Origin: Patescibacteria group bacterium
GTDB taxonomy: Bacteria; Patescibacteriota; Patescibacteriia; UBA10025; JBIOWE01
Assembly: GCA_044868145.1 (NCBI GenBank)
Contig: JBIOWE010000013.1
Coordinates: 6,611-70,610, forward strand
Length of the DNA: 64,000 nucleotides
Direction: 5' to 3'
The position numbers and the translations under genes were made by a program. Under the pieces are notes generated by a model. That model ran no database searches and was not told the origin of the DNA. It saw only the letters and a program-made list of their open reading frames with translations. Every line of letters begins with the position of its first letter. The first letter of the stretch is position 1. This document shows positions 7,832 to 17,889 of the stretch, piece by piece.

Positions 7832-10384
7832 TCACAAATTCCGCTCGCCCATAGCCGGCCCTTGGATGGCTTGCGGTTCGCCCAGGCGCGAACGCTGGAG
7901 GATCTGCTGCTCCACCTGCGCTTTATCGTTACCGAAGCGCTTGCGGGAATTCTCGATGATTTGCCTGGCTTTATTTGCATCACCCGGAGCCAAAGGGAAC
8001 GTTTGCATATTGAACGGCTTAGAAACCGTATTATTGATGAGCAGCTTCACGTTTGCCGTGTACATTTCGACGTTCATGACGTCGTACTCGTTAAAAACTG
8101 GCGCGAATTCCTTGGCAATTGTTTCCGCGTCTTCCACGCCGACGCGAAACGCAACCATTGTTCCGACGTTACCAAAAACCGCGTCGCGGATCTTGGTATC
8201 CTGGCCCTGCACGAGCTGCGTGATAAATTGGTGAGCAATGGTCAGGTTTAGCCGATATTTTCGGGCTTCGGACAGAATGGTGGCGATACTTTCCGTCACA
8301 AAATTTTGAAACTCATCAATATATAAATAAAAGTCCTTGCGCTGTTCCTGCGGAAGTCCCGCGCGCCGCATAGCTGCCATTTGGAGTTTGGATGTAATAA
8401 TCAAGCCGAGCAAACTGCTGTTGACCTCACCGGTCATGCCTTTCGCCAGGTTCACGAGCAGAATTTTTTGATTGTTCATCACGTCGGAAAAGTCGAATCC
8501 GGATTTCTGTTGCCCGATGATGTTGCGCATCATCGTGTTTTCCACGAACCGACCAACTTTGGAAATAATGTAGCCGAGCATTTCGGACTTATGGAAGTCC
8601 GACGTTTTCGCCATTTCCTTCTCCCAGAACGCGCGCACAACCGGGTCCTTTACTTTTTGCACTTTATACCGCTGGAACCCGATGTCCGTGAACATGCGCG
8701 GGATTTCAGCGATGGTTCCAGGATCCGACTGGTCTTCCATGAGCGTGAGCATGACGTTACGCATGTTATGCTCAAACATCGGTCCGATCATTTCCGGCGG
8801 AAACAATTTATAGAAAATGGCGACCATCTCCTGGACCGCAAAATCTTTTTCTTCCGGCGTCTGCGCCTCAAGCATGTTCAGGCCCATCGGCCGCTCCATG
8901 TCCGAAGGATTAAAATAGATAACGTCGTTCATTCGGCGCTCCGGAATATGCTCGAGCACGGCTTTCACAAGATCGCCGTGCGGGTCAATGACCGCGACCC
9001 CCGCGCCCTGCTCGATATCTTGGATAATCATATTGGTCATCAACACGGATTTTCCCGTGCCGGACTTACCGATAACGTACACATGCCGCCTGCGATCATC
9101 GATTTGAATACGCACGGGCCGTTCTTCTCCGCGGTAGAGATTTCTGCCAAGGACAATCCCCTGGCTCGGGAGATCAACAGGCGCGGGCGCTTTTCGGCTG
9201 CCGAGCCAGCGTATATTCGGGGTTTCCGTGGCTGGCAGGGGGAAATGGAATAAAGACGCCAGCTCCTCTGTATTCAGCACAAGGCGTTTGCCTTCACTGA
9301 ATTGTCGATAGATAAAACTGCGCAACATTGCGGGCAAAGACATCGGATCATGGCGAATGAATCCGTTCCCATACTCATAGAGCGTGTATTGCGTGAACGA
9401 GTCAATGATATTCCGGAGCGCGAGCTGGGTGCGTTCGTGCGACGGGCCAGAAACGACAACCCTAATATTGAGGTCAAATCCGGCCTTTGAAGTCTTTTGT
9501 TCTACGCTTTGTAAAACCTGCTGCTCCATTGGCGACAGACGATAGGGCATGTCGAGCTCCTTTGGTTTCTTCGGAAAAAATACATGGAAGAGCTCAAACA
9601 GGAACCCGACAAGACCGCTTTTGCCAACCGCTTCCCGAAGCGTTTTGCCCTGTTGCATCTCCCGTGCGACCCTGGCGCCCCAATTATGCCAACTCGCTTT
9701 AGCCGAACGAACGACAAATTGAATCACGGCGCCTTCTTCCGGCCCGATTTTCGACAAACTATTCGTGAGCGCGTTCAACGGATCAACCGACATACCCATA
9801 TAGGTTTGAAGCGCAAAGATATATGGCCGTTTCAAACGCAATGTTGTGCCCATCGTAACGCTATGGGGTCGGAAAATATTGTAATCCTCCACTTCCTCAA
9901 TTTGCGCGGCCGGATACTGCGCATGGATTTGTTGCTCCATGAACTGCCGGCGATAGAGCGGAACAACCACATAAAACGAAATGAGCCCGCGGTCAGCAAC
10001 AATTTCAAACGAGAAATGATCGTGCCGACCAAACAAAAAAGCGCCGAACCCGCGTTGGGCGCGCATGCCCCCGAGCACTTTCATCAGCGCTTCTGCAGGC
10101 GCAAGGTCATCAACGATTGTTTGCTTCACGCCGCCTCTCTCTTCGCGTTGTTCCTGCTCCGCCGCTTCTTTTGGCACAGTGACCAAAAGCACAACATTGC
10201 GAAAACTCGTGGGCACGCTTCTCTCGCGGCGGAGTATTCGCCGCAAAATAACCAACGCCGCCGCCAAGAATAACAATCCGACGCCTGCGAAGAGCAGCGC
10301 GCTGGCGAAGTGAGGACCGAGCAAAGAGCCAAGGCTTGGGGCGGCGAGCGTCGGAGAAAGTGTTTGAGCGTGCGCAACGGGCAT
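7832..10384 (-). CDS. type IV secretion coupling-protein-like ATPase (VirD4/TraG/TraD family, TrwB AAD-binding type)
   Basis: 850 aa; N-terminal TM helices; Walker A VIGKSGTGKS; Walker B LYIDEFQNF; TIAHQ motif. Confidence 0.55.
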   Translation of the reverse strand: MPVAHAQTLSPTLAAPSLGSLLGPHFASALLFAGVGLLFLAAALVILRRILRRERSVPTSFRNVVLLVTVPKEAAEQEQREERGGVKQTIVDDLAPAEALMKVLGGMRAQRGFGAFLFGRHDHFSFEIVADRGLISFYVVVPLYRRQFMEQQIHAQYPAAQIEEVEDYNIFRPHSVTMGTTLRLKRPYIFALQTYMGMSVDPLNALTNSLSKIGPEEGAVIQFVVRSAKASWHNWGARVAREMQQGKTLREAVGKSGLVGFLFELFHVFFPKKPKELDMPYRLSPMEQQVLQSVEQKTSKAGFDLNIRVVVSGPSHERTQLALRNIIDSFTQYTLYEYGNGFIRHDPMSLPAMLRSFIYRQFSEGKRLVLNTEELASLFHFPLPATETPNIRWLGSRKAPAPVDLPSQGIVLGRNLYRGEERPVRIQIDDRRRHVYVIGKSGTGKSVLMTNMIIQDIEQGAGVAVIDPHGDLVKAVLEHIPERRMNDVIYFNPSDMERPMGLNMLEAQTPEEKDFAVQEMVAIFYKLFPPEMIGPMFEHNMRNVMLTLMEDQSDPGTIAEIPRMFTDIGFQRYKVQKVKDPVVRAFWEKEMAKTSDFHKSEMLGYIISKVGRFVENTMMRNIIGQQKSGFDFSDVMNNQKILLVNLAKGMTGEVNSSLLGLIITSKLQMAAMRRAGLPQEQRKDFYLYIDEFQNFVTESIATILSEARKYRLNLTIAHQFITQLVQGQDTKIRDAVFGNVGTMVAFRVGVEDAETIAKEFAPVFNEYDVMNVEMYTANVKLLINNTVSKPFNMQTFPLAPGDANKARQIIENSRKRFGNDKAQVEQQILQRSRLGEPQAIQGPAMGERNL

Positions 10385-10386
10385 AC

Positions 10387-10914
10387 TTATTCGCCGCGCC
10401 GGCGGAGGCGCAACAGGCGGTCAGTTTTTATTTTTGCTTCCTGTTCCAAGAAAAAACGGTTCACGCTTGGAATGAGGCGCAACCAATCCTTGATCAAATT
10501 GAGAATTTCCTTCACGCGCACCTTGGCTTCTTGCAAGAGTTGCGCAATCTTTGACGCGGCCTGTTCGCCGACGCGCTTGAATTGCATCTGCTCTTGCGGC
10601 GTCATTTGCAAAAACATTTCCTGGAGGTTTTCTGAAAGAATGGCTTCCACGTCGTGCACGAGCGGGCTCACCGGTTGCGGAGGAATAGGGCTAGCGGATT
10701 GCCCAGGCGCAGGGTAGGCCATTGGCTGTTCTCGCTCTTGAGGTATTGTCGCTTCCTGCTCTGGCCGAGCTTCTGAGCCAAGTTCCTTGATTTGTTCAGG
10801 TCTTGTTTCAGTGCCTTGGCTGTGCTCCATCCGTCTCCGTTCAACCGCAGAAAAAATATCCTCAACTGATTCTCGTTCAGGTCTTGTTCGTTTATCTTTT
10901 TGCGTACCATTCAT
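10387..10914 (-). CDS. hypothetical protein (low-complexity N-terminus)
   Basis: 175-aa ORF. Confidence 0.4.
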   Translation of the reverse strand: MNGTQKDKRTRPERESVEDIFSAVERRRMEHSQGTETRPEQIKELGSEARPEQEATIPQEREQPMAYPAPGQSASPIPPQPVSPLVHDVEAILSENLQEMFLQMTPQEQMQFKRVGEQAASKIAQLLQEAKVRVKEILNLIKDWLRLIPSVNRFFLEQEAKIKTDRLLRLRRRGE

Positions 10915-10972
10915 ATGAACTGTTTTATTATATCATTTTTTTGCGATTTTTGCAACCTTTTCCGCACACCTC

Positions 10973-11001
10973 TTGACAAAAATCCTGCGGCATGGTAGTA
11001 T
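10973..11001 (+). promoter_or_regulatory. sigma70 promoter TTGACA-17-TAGTAT; SD AAAGGAGGAG before ATG 11048
   Basis: direct reading. Confidence 0.6.
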
Positions 11002-11047
11002 GACGCGTTGAAGAAAAAATTAAAAACAAATTTAAAAAGGAGGAGTA

Positions 11048-11617
11048 ATGAAACGGTTAGCTCTTTTTATAGCAATCATTACAGGAATGGTAGTATCGGG
11101 TTGCGGGAGATATGCCGCTCGAATGGACATTTCTCCAAAAGGTGCAAAAGCGCATGCCTACTACAGAGCAAACTTCGAGATCAAGGATAAGATGCAGGTC
11201 GAACGCATTCCCCACGATCGCCACGGTTGGGATCCGGTTTGGGCACATGAAACAGCTCTTCCGATACATCCAGGCGGAGAAGAAATCATAAAATTCGACC
11301 GCTACGAAGTGGAGTATATAGTGCGCCCGGGATCAAACCCCCCATTGCTGCTGGAAGCGGTTCGGTATTCCATTGACGGAGAACCAAGCATACCAGTGAA
11401 ACCATGGCGTTACAATAACATCAACCTGTATGTTTTCAAAATAAAAAACTTTCAGGATGGTGCCTGGCATACTATCCGCGTCGAACAACTCTACATGAAG
11501 AATCCATACTACCCCGAGTCGCCGAATGAAGAGCAGAAGTATGAAGAATTTTATTTCAACGTGCTCTTCTGCTCGAGTAACTCAAACTCCGATTGCTTCT
11601 GGGAACCCAATTGGTAA
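11048..11617 (+). CDS. lipoprotein (signal peptide + lipobox VSGC)
   Basis: 189 aa, MKRLALFIAIITGMVVSGC. Confidence 0.55.
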   Translation: MKRLALFIAIITGMVVSGCGRYAARMDISPKGAKAHAYYRANFEIKDKMQVERIPHDRHGWDPVWAHETALPIHPGGEEIIKFDRYEVEYIVRPGSNPPLLLEAVRYSIDGEPSIPVKPWRYNNINLYVFKIKNFQDGAWHTIRVEQLYMKNPYYPESPNEEQKYEEFYFNVLFCSSNSNSDCFWEPNW

Positions 11618-11632
11618 ACCCAAGAATGACTG

Positions 11633-11669
11633 AGGGGGCGCGCTCTATTATCAAGCGGCCCCTTTTTTA
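11633..11669 (+). terminator. intrinsic terminator (GC stem + TTTTTTATTT)
   Basis: hairpin AGGGGGCGCG…GCGGCCCC then T-run. Confidence 0.5.
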
Positions 11670-11715
11670 TTTACAAAAAAGCAATTCTATGATATAACAG
11701 GGGCGAAAGAATCCT

Positions 11716-12171
11716 ATGCCGCAGCCACAAATCATTGAACAAGGCGTCCAAACCAAAACAAAGATCACAACCTCGTTAACCGTCGGGATGACCATGCTCG
11801 CATCGTTATTTCTCGGCGCGACATTTGTGAACGCGATGATTGCCGCGTGGCCTTGGAGCGACAATGCGTATTTGCTCCGAGACGTGACGCCGCCTGACGT
11901 GATGATTATCGGACCAGCAAATGGGACAGCGATCAACGACCTCGCCCGGATAGACGTGGAGGCAACCGATACGAACGATATAAAATATGTTGTGCTCTAC
12001 GCGAACGACCTTACCTTGGCAACAGACGCGGACGGAACCGACGGCTGGGCCTTTGCCTGGTTGACTATCAATCATCCAAACGGCGACTATACGCTAACCG
12101 CGGAAGCGTTTGATCTGTATGGCAATCGCGGGCGTAGCGAACCTGTAACCGTCATCGTCAACAATCAGTAG
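11716..12171 (+). CDS. membrane-anchored Ig-like (Big-type) domain protein
   Basis: 151 aa, N-terminal TM, beta-rich repeat. Confidence 0.4.
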   Translation: MPQPQIIEQGVQTKTKITTSLTVGMTMLASLFLGATFVNAMIAAWPWSDNAYLLRDVTPPDVMIIGPANGTAINDLARIDVEATDTNDIKYVVLYANDLTLATDADGTDGWAFAWLTINHPNGDYTLTAEAFDLYGNRGRSEPVTVIVNNQ

Positions 12172-12204
12172 TGTGCGGGCAGTAATCAATCCAATAAAAA
12201 CAAA

Positions 12205-12999
12205 ATGGAGCCAACAGCCCCACAGATAAACCAGCAAGTTTCAAGCGACCACCCTCGCGTTTTGCATCCGATTGATTGGAGATTGCAATCTCAACAATAT
12301 GGTACAGCGCTCCTCGTTGCTGCACCGCTTTTTACGGTTCTTTCGATTTACCTTTTCTATCGTCGCGGCTACTACGATCTCTTCATTGCCAATAAAATTT
12401 TCGCAGGTGTAGCTGCAGTGATGCTCGGCATTGTACTCATCATTGGACCATTAAGCCGCCTATTCAATAAATTCGACCACTATCTGCAGTATCGAAAAGA
12501 ACTTGGTATTATTGCTTTTCTCCTTGCTTTCGTCCATGCCATAGCTTCATTATTCTTGTTACCTACCCACTTCCCGCTCATACGATATGTGACGACAGGT
12601 TTGTGGCCATTCGTGTTTGGCCTCGCAAGTCTCTTTGTCCTTCTGTTTATTTTGATTATATCGAATGCGTGGGGACGGCGTGCGCTCGGCGGAGCTCGAT
12701 GGTGGCGCATACAGAATTGGGGCGTACGTATCGCATTCGTCTTGCTTGCGCTCCATGTTGGGATTATGAAATTCCCGAGCTGGGTCTCCTGGTACCAAGA
12801 GGGCGGTTCTCAGGACTTGGTACATCCGGAATGGCCAGGCGCTGGCATGCTTATCGCCTGGCTCATGGCTTTCGTGATACTATTCCGTCTAATGGAGTAT
12901 ATGAACCCTGCGCTAGGCAAGATTGGATGGTACATGATCGTTATTGGGCTCCCAGTTGTATACGTTTTTACCTTTCTGTGGGGCTCACGCTTCGCGTAA
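12205..12999 (+). CDS. ferric-reductase-like transmembrane domain protein (MsrQ/YedZ-like)
   Basis: 264 aa, 6 TM, conserved His in helices (AFVHAI, LALHVG). Confidence 0.45.
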   Translation: MEPTAPQINQQVSSDHPRVLHPIDWRLQSQQYGTALLVAAPLFTVLSIYLFYRRGYYDLFIANKIFAGVAAVMLGIVLIIGPLSRLFNKFDHYLQYRKELGIIAFLLAFVHAIASLFLLPTHFPLIRYVTTGLWPFVFGLASLFVLLFILIISNAWGRRALGGARWWRIQNWGVRIAFVLLALHVGIMKFPSWVSWYQEGGSQDLVHPEWPGAGMLIAWLMAFVILFRLMEYMNPALGKIGWYMIVIGLPVVYVFTFLWGSRFA

Positions 13000-13048
13000 A
13001 ACAACAAGGAAGCAAGAATTTATTTATCTTTTTATCCCACTGAATATC

Positions 13049-14008
13049 ATGCTCGACCCAACAACATCACCACTTTTGATAATTTTCGTGGTGCTCGCCA
13101 TTGTCATCCTCTGGCTGTATCGAGAGAACGTAAAATTCACGAGTCGGTTTCGAGTGCTTGACGTGTACTCAAAAGACCTGACCGCCATGGCGAGGAAAGG
13201 CCTTTTGGATCCGGTGATTGGCCGTGATCACGAAATTGAACGGGTACTGCAAATCCTTTCTCGACGAACAAAAAATAATCCTTTGCTCGTAGGAAAGTCT
13301 GGAGTCGGAAAAACGGCGATCGTCGAAGGATTAGCGCAAAAGATAGCCTCTGGCAACGTGCCGATACCGCTTTTAAAAAAACGAGTTGTGGCGCTTGACC
13401 TGTCCGGCCTCGTTGCGGGAACAAAGTACCGAGGCGAGTTTGAAAAACGTTTGAAGAGCCTGGTTGACGAGATTATCGCGGCGCAGCGCACCATTATCCT
13501 GTTTGTTGACGAAATTCATTCGCTCGCGGAAGCCGGTGAAGCGACCGGGGCCATCAACGCGGCGGACATTCTGAAGCCCGCGCTCGCACGCGGCGAATTG
13601 CAAGTCGTTGGCGCGACAACGTATGAAGACTACAATTCCTATGTCCAAAAAGATTCAACCCTGGCGCGACGGTTCCAGCCCGTGACCATCGAGGAGCCAA
13701 CAAAAGAACAAACATTCAGCATCCTGCAGGGAATCCGAAAACGATACGAAGCTCATCACAACGTGCGTATCTCGGACGAAGCGCTCAAGCGGGCGATTGA
13801 ATTAGCGGACAAATATCTGAAGGTGCGGGTTTTTCCCGATAAAGCAATTGACTTGATCGATGAGGCGTCTGCGAAAGTCCGGCTCGCTGCATTGGAGCAA
13901 AAACCAACAGCCAAACCCCTCGCTGTTTCCGGCAAGGACGTTGATGCGATTATGGAAGAATGGAGAACCGAGTGGACCGAAAAGCTGGGTAGTCAGCAAA
14001 CGACATAA
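13049..14008 (+). CDS. membrane-anchored single-module Clp/Hsp100 AAA+ protein (ClpA/B/C D1-like only)
   Basis: ATG at 13049 gives 319 aa: TM helix then [44 protein letters not shown]…GEFEKRLK…FVDEIHSL (Walker A/B, sensor) but no D2/ClpP loop. Confidence 0.6.
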   Translation: MLDPTTSPLLIIFVVLAIVILWLYRENVKFTSRFRVLDVYSKDLTAMARKGLLDPVIGRDHEIERVLQILSRRTKNNPLLVGKSGVGKTAIVEGLAQKIASGNVPIPLLKKRVVALDLSGLVAGTKYRGEFEKRLKSLVDEIIAAQRTIILFVDEIHSLAEAGEATGAINAADILKPALARGELQVVGATTYEDYNSYVQKDSTLARRFQPVTIEEPTKEQTFSILQGIRKRYEAHHNVRISDEALKRAIELADKYLKVRVFPDKAIDLIDEASAKVRLAALEQKPTAKPLAVSGKDVDAIMEEWRTEWTEKLGSQQTT

Positions 14009-14116
14009 ACCAAAACAAAAAGAGGCGACAAGCATTGGCCTCTTTTTTTATTTTCTTAACTTGGTCTTTAGCCTAAGGACTGAAGGGCTATTTGGCTGAA
14101 AGGCTGATAAGCTCGT

Positions 14117-14704
14117 TTACGCTTCTTTTTTCTCCACAGGCTCCCCCCGTAACACAATCATAGCAAGAACTGGCCCGACAATCCAGATAAATCGCGCCAG
14201 ATCTGTGGTAAACACTTGTTGCGTGAGCGGCTGCAGGCGCTGGACTGCTTCCGCTGGCAAGAAGGAGAGAATAATACTGACGAGCAGACCCACGTGCAAA
14301 ACGCTATAGATAATAACGTGAAAAAATGAGCCGGCAGTATCGGCTTTCGCCGCGATCGTGCGCATGAGCGCGGATCGGGAAAGCAGGAAAAAGAGAATAA
14401 TAAAAACGGCGATAAACGCCGATATACGGAAAACAAACAGCGAGCTTACAACCTTATTAATGCTTTCTTGAACCGCCGCTTGGTTGATATAGGGCGCGTG
14501 CTCAACAATTGCGAGGGACATGTACGTGGAAACAAGCAGCACAAGCACCCGGTCACGGCCGAGGGACATGCCATACAGGAACGCGCCTACAAGAAAAAAC
14601 AGGATGATAAACAAATCCCAGGTGGGCTTTGACCAATCAATGCTGGAAAAAAACGACGCAGCGGTCGTTGATGATTCTTGCGCAAGCGCGACACCAAAGA
14701 ACAT
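14117..14704 (-). CDS. hypothetical multi-TM membrane protein
   Basis: 195 aa hydrophobic. Confidence 0.45.
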   Translation of the reverse strand: MFFGVALAQESSTTAASFFSSIDWSKPTWDLFIILFFLVGAFLYGMSLGRDRVLVLLVSTYMSLAIVEHAPYINQAAVQESINKVVSSLFVFRISAFIAVFIILFFLLSRSALMRTIAAKADTAGSFFHVIIYSVLHVGLLVSIILSFLPAEAVQRLQPLTQQVFTTDLARFIWIVGPVLAMIVLRGEPVEKKEA

Positions 14705-14772
14705 ACGATAACGTTAAGTATTTCAAGCACAGTATATCACAAAACCAGCAACATTTCAACGGTTATCGCGCG

Positions 14773-15891
14773 CTATGACGATGACTGGTCCAACTCCTCG
14801 AGTAATGCTTTCTGTCTGCGCGAAAGATGTGTTGGCGTTTTCACCTGCACAGTCACAAAATGATCGCCGCGGCCCGAACGATTCAGATGCGGAACACCTT
14901 TGCCGCGCAAGCGGAATACTTTCCCGGCCTGCGTGCCTGCCGGAATCTTAAGCTGTTCTGGGCCATCAAGCGCATTGACCATCAGAGTCGTTCCAAGCGC
15001 GGCCTGGGGAAACGTTATTTCCTGCGTGGTGTGAATATCGTCGTCGCGGCGCTCAAACTCTGGATCCGCCTCGACGCGAACCGTTATGTACAAATCCCCC
15101 GACTCACTACCCTTTTTGCCGGCTTCTCCTTTGCCAGAAAGACGAATTTGTTGGCCTGAATTAATACCAGCGGGAATATGGACCTTGATTGTTTCTTCCT
15201 CGCGTACGCGGCCCTCGCCTTTGCAGCGGCCGCACTTTTCACGGGCAATCTTGCCTTCACCCTGGCATTCTGGGCACACGCCAACCGAGCGCACTTGACC
15301 GAGGATCGTGCTGCGTACCTGCTCAACCTCACCCGATCCAGCGCAGGTGGGGCATGTTTCGATTTTTGTCCCTGGCTCTGCACCATTACCGCGACACCGT
15401 GGACAGCGCACTTCTTTGACTAAGCTTACCACGCGCTCACCGCCAAACACGGACTCGCGAAAAGTTAGTTCCATCTCTGTTTGAATATCACGCCCGCGTT
15501 CTCGTTCGGTCCGGCGTCTGCTGCGGCGCGTACTCCCAAACCCGAACAAATCGCCGAACATGTCGCCAAGGTCGCCGAAATCGAATTGTACGTTGTCTGT
15601 GCGAAACCCGCCGAACGGACCTCCCTGGCGGGCTAAATCTTCCCACGAGAATCCGCCAAACCCGCCCTGACGCTGGGCTTGATCAAACGTTTGCCCATAT
15701 TGATCGTATTGCTTGCGTTTTTCCGGATTTGATAATACTTGGTACGCTTCATTTATTTCTTTGAAGCGCGCTTCATCGCCGCCTTTTTTGTCAGGGTGAT
15801 GCTCGTGCGCGAGTTTGCGAAACGCGCGCTTAATATCGTCGGCAGTCGCGCCACGATCAACACCTAATATGTTGTAGTAGTCCTTTGCCAT
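14773..15891 (-). CDS. dnaJ: molecular chaperone DnaJ
   Basis: J domain HPD, G/F region, 4x CxxCxGxG zinc fingers. Confidence 0.9.
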   Translation of the reverse strand: MAKDYYNILGVDRGATADDIKRAFRKLAHEHHPDKKGGDEARFKEINEAYQVLSNPEKRKQYDQYGQTFDQAQRQGGFGGFSWEDLARQGGPFGGFRTDNVQFDFGDLGDMFGDLFGFGSTRRSRRRTERERGRDIQTEMELTFRESVFGGERVVSLVKEVRCPRCRGNGAEPGTKIETCPTCAGSGEVEQVRSTILGQVRSVGVCPECQGEGKIAREKCGRCKGEGRVREEETIKVHIPAGINSGQQIRLSGKGEAGKKGSESGDLYITVRVEADPEFERRDDDIHTTQEITFPQAALGTTLMVNALDGPEQLKIPAGTQAGKVFRLRGKGVPHLNRSGRGDHFVTVQVKTPTHLSRRQKALLEELDQSSS

Positions 15892-15909
15892 ATTTCAAAA
15901 AATCCTCAA

Positions 15910-15966
15910 TTCGTAATCCGTAATTCGTAATATAATAATTCCCCAATGAGCGATTGCGAATTACGG
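15910..15966. repeat. heptad repeats TCGTAAT-CCGTAAT-TCGTAAT plus inverted ATTACGG copy (14-bp perfect inverted repeat TAATCCGTAATTCG/CGAATTACGGATTA) directly upstream of dnaJ
   Basis: direct reading. Confidence 0.6.
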
Positions 15967-15967
15967 A

Positions 15968-17008
15968 TTAACGCCTGAGCGCAACCCGTTCCGCCTCAAC
16001 TTGTATTTTCTCAATGGATAGGAAACGCATCCATTTCAAAATGGTGAACACAATAGTGCTGAATGTTTCGATCAGCGCTTTATATAGGAACGTAAAAATA
16101 CGCAATAGGAAAAAAAGCGCGAGCGCGAACAGAGCAGGCAGGAATTTTACATAGGGATCAACATATTGACTGATTTGGCGGCGCACGATTTTCTGCACGA
16201 CCGTATCCATTGTATCGGTGCCGTTCGCCTGAATGTGAAACGCGTCCAAAAAGCTTTGTCTGGCTTCAGTAAGCGCTTTCCCTTGCGCCTGCTTGACCGC
16301 TTCATTGATTATTTGCTCGGAAATGCCCGCGCCAATGCCAGCAGCGCCTGCGCCGGAAATGCCGCTCGTGCCGGCAATAAAGGCATCAAGGGTCATGGAC
16401 GGCTTATACTCTGGGTATGTGGTTGGAAGAATCTTGTTAATAGTATCAGCAATGCCGCGGACCAGGCTATCGACCACTCGTGATGAACCATTTGGGCCAG
16501 ATACAAGAAATCCGTAGTACGTAAAGGATACAGCGAGGATCGCGAGCCCGATCGCCGTAGACAAACCGGCCTGCACAACACGACGGGGAGTGAATTTTAA
16601 TCGCGACTGTAGGTCAAGGCGAATTTCCCGCTTCCAATAGAGAAACGCCAAAATAAGTAAAATCACCGAGATGACGGAGAAAAGAGAGATGGGAAAAAAG
16701 AGGAAGTGCGTTAATGCGGCAACACCGACAATGAGCAGCAAGAATAGTTTGTTGCTTACGACCATTTCCGTAATGCCTACAATCGCGAACATCAAGGAAA
16801 ACGCCAGAAACGCCGCGGCCATACTGAGAATGGTCGCGAGATTGACGACAAATGAGAAGTCGCCGGCAAAGATAAGATCCAGTGTCAACCAGAACAAGGC
16901 GGTGAGAACCACAACCAAGCAACCTAAAAAAACAATTTTGCCCGTTGGCTGGGGCAGGTTTTTTTCTGCTATCGGAGGTTGTGGCGGTGCCGGCTTCTCG
17001 ACTCTCAT
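15968..17008 (-). CDS. hypothetical multi-TM membrane protein
   Basis: 346 aa. Confidence 0.45.
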   Translation of the reverse strand: MRVEKPAPPQPPIAEKNLPQPTGKIVFLGCLVVVLTALFWLTLDLIFAGDFSFVVNLATILSMAAAFLAFSLMFAIVGITEMVVSNKLFLLLIVGVAALTHFLFFPISLFSVISVILLILAFLYWKREIRLDLQSRLKFTPRRVVQAGLSTAIGLAILAVSFTYYGFLVSGPNGSSRVVDSLVRGIADTINKILPTTYPEYKPSMTLDAFIAGTSGISGAGAAGIGAGISEQIINEAVKQAQGKALTEARQSFLDAFHIQANGTDTMDTVVQKIVRRQISQYVDPYVKFLPALFALALFFLLRIFTFLYKALIETFSTIVFTILKWMRFLSIEKIQVEAERVALRR

Positions 17009-17058
17009 AGAATTGCCAATGGCTTATGGATGAAAAGCTGATTGGCTGTCAAGCTGAC

Positions 17059-17373
17059 TTAGGCTGTTTTAAACCCTATGCCTTCCGACTTTGGTGGCTC
17101 AGACGCCTGGAGGGTGCCGAACTTTGACTCGTACTTTTTGATATTGTCCGCAAGCGCGGCGAGAATACGCTTCGCATGCCCCGGCGACGTTAGTACGCGT
17201 GATGTCAGCAGCCCTTTTGGCGGATGGATCAACATGAAATCAAGCACAAATTCCTCTTTTGTGTGCGAGATCATCAAATTGTTCGAATACTTCCCTTTGA
17301 GCGTTTCGTTGTCCGCTTCGACCTGGATTTGTTGCTGCTGTCCATTCATATGTTTTCCTTTCATGGAACCCAT
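17059..17373 (-). CDS. hypothetical protein (DUF3467-like)
   Basis: 104 aa. Confidence 0.4.
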   Translation of the reverse strand: MGSMKGKHMNGQQQQIQVEADNETLKGKYSNNLMISHTKEEFVLDFMLIHPPKGLLTSRVLTSPGHAKRILAALADNIKKYESKFGTLQASEPPKSEGIGFKTA

Positions 17374-17409
17374 CGCACGCTAGAAAGCGTTCGCTGGGTT
17401 TAAATAATA

Positions 17410-17703
17410 TTATTCCAGAGCACCTTTTCTAAGGTGCGGCGAAGAAGTTTTGGATTGCATTTTTGCATCCCAAAGAGCGTTGGCGAGCATGCGCACGTTC
17501 GAATCAATCGTATTCATAATTATACCATGATTCGACTCTTTCATGGCGAAGAGCGACTGCCGGAATTCGGGATCTTTGGGCAACTTCAGCTTCCCAGAGT
17601 TGAATTGTTCCGCCAAATATCGAAGCTTCGGTTCCCATTCACGGAACCGCTTTTCTCGCGCTTTTTGCAATATGTCTTTGTATGGACCAAGTTGATTTTC
17701 CAT
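17410..17703 (-). CDS. hypothetical protein
   Basis: 97 aa. Confidence 0.4.
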   Translation of the reverse strand: MENQLGPYKDILQKAREKRFREWEPKLRYLAEQFNSGKLKLPKDPEFRQSLFAMKESNHGIIMNTIDSNVRMLANALWDAKMQSKTSSPHLRKGALE

Positions 17704-17839
17704 TTGTGTATGCTAAATTGTGAATAAGTCAGGTTCTTTCAACATTTTAACCCTTTTTGCAAAGGGAGGTGATGCAAAGCTCTTTACTTACTTCTATATG
17801 TCCTTCGCCTAACCGGGGCCCCTGGCTCCGGTTTTTATT

Positions 17840-17848
17840 TGTGGATAA
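17840..17848 (+). promoter_or_regulatory. TGTGGATAA box (rc of DnaA-box consensus TTATCCACA), 6 nt upstream of -35 of sRNA unit 1
   Basis: perfect 9-mer. Confidence 0.45.
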
Positions 17849-17889
17849 ATCGTTTTGACAATAAGGAGGCCGCGAAGTAAACTAAAGGT

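Noticed and set aside
8381-9253. 290-aa plus-strand ORF
   Set aside because: Lies entirely antisense within the VirD4-like ATPase gene. His/Arg-rich low-complexity translation typical of antisense frames.
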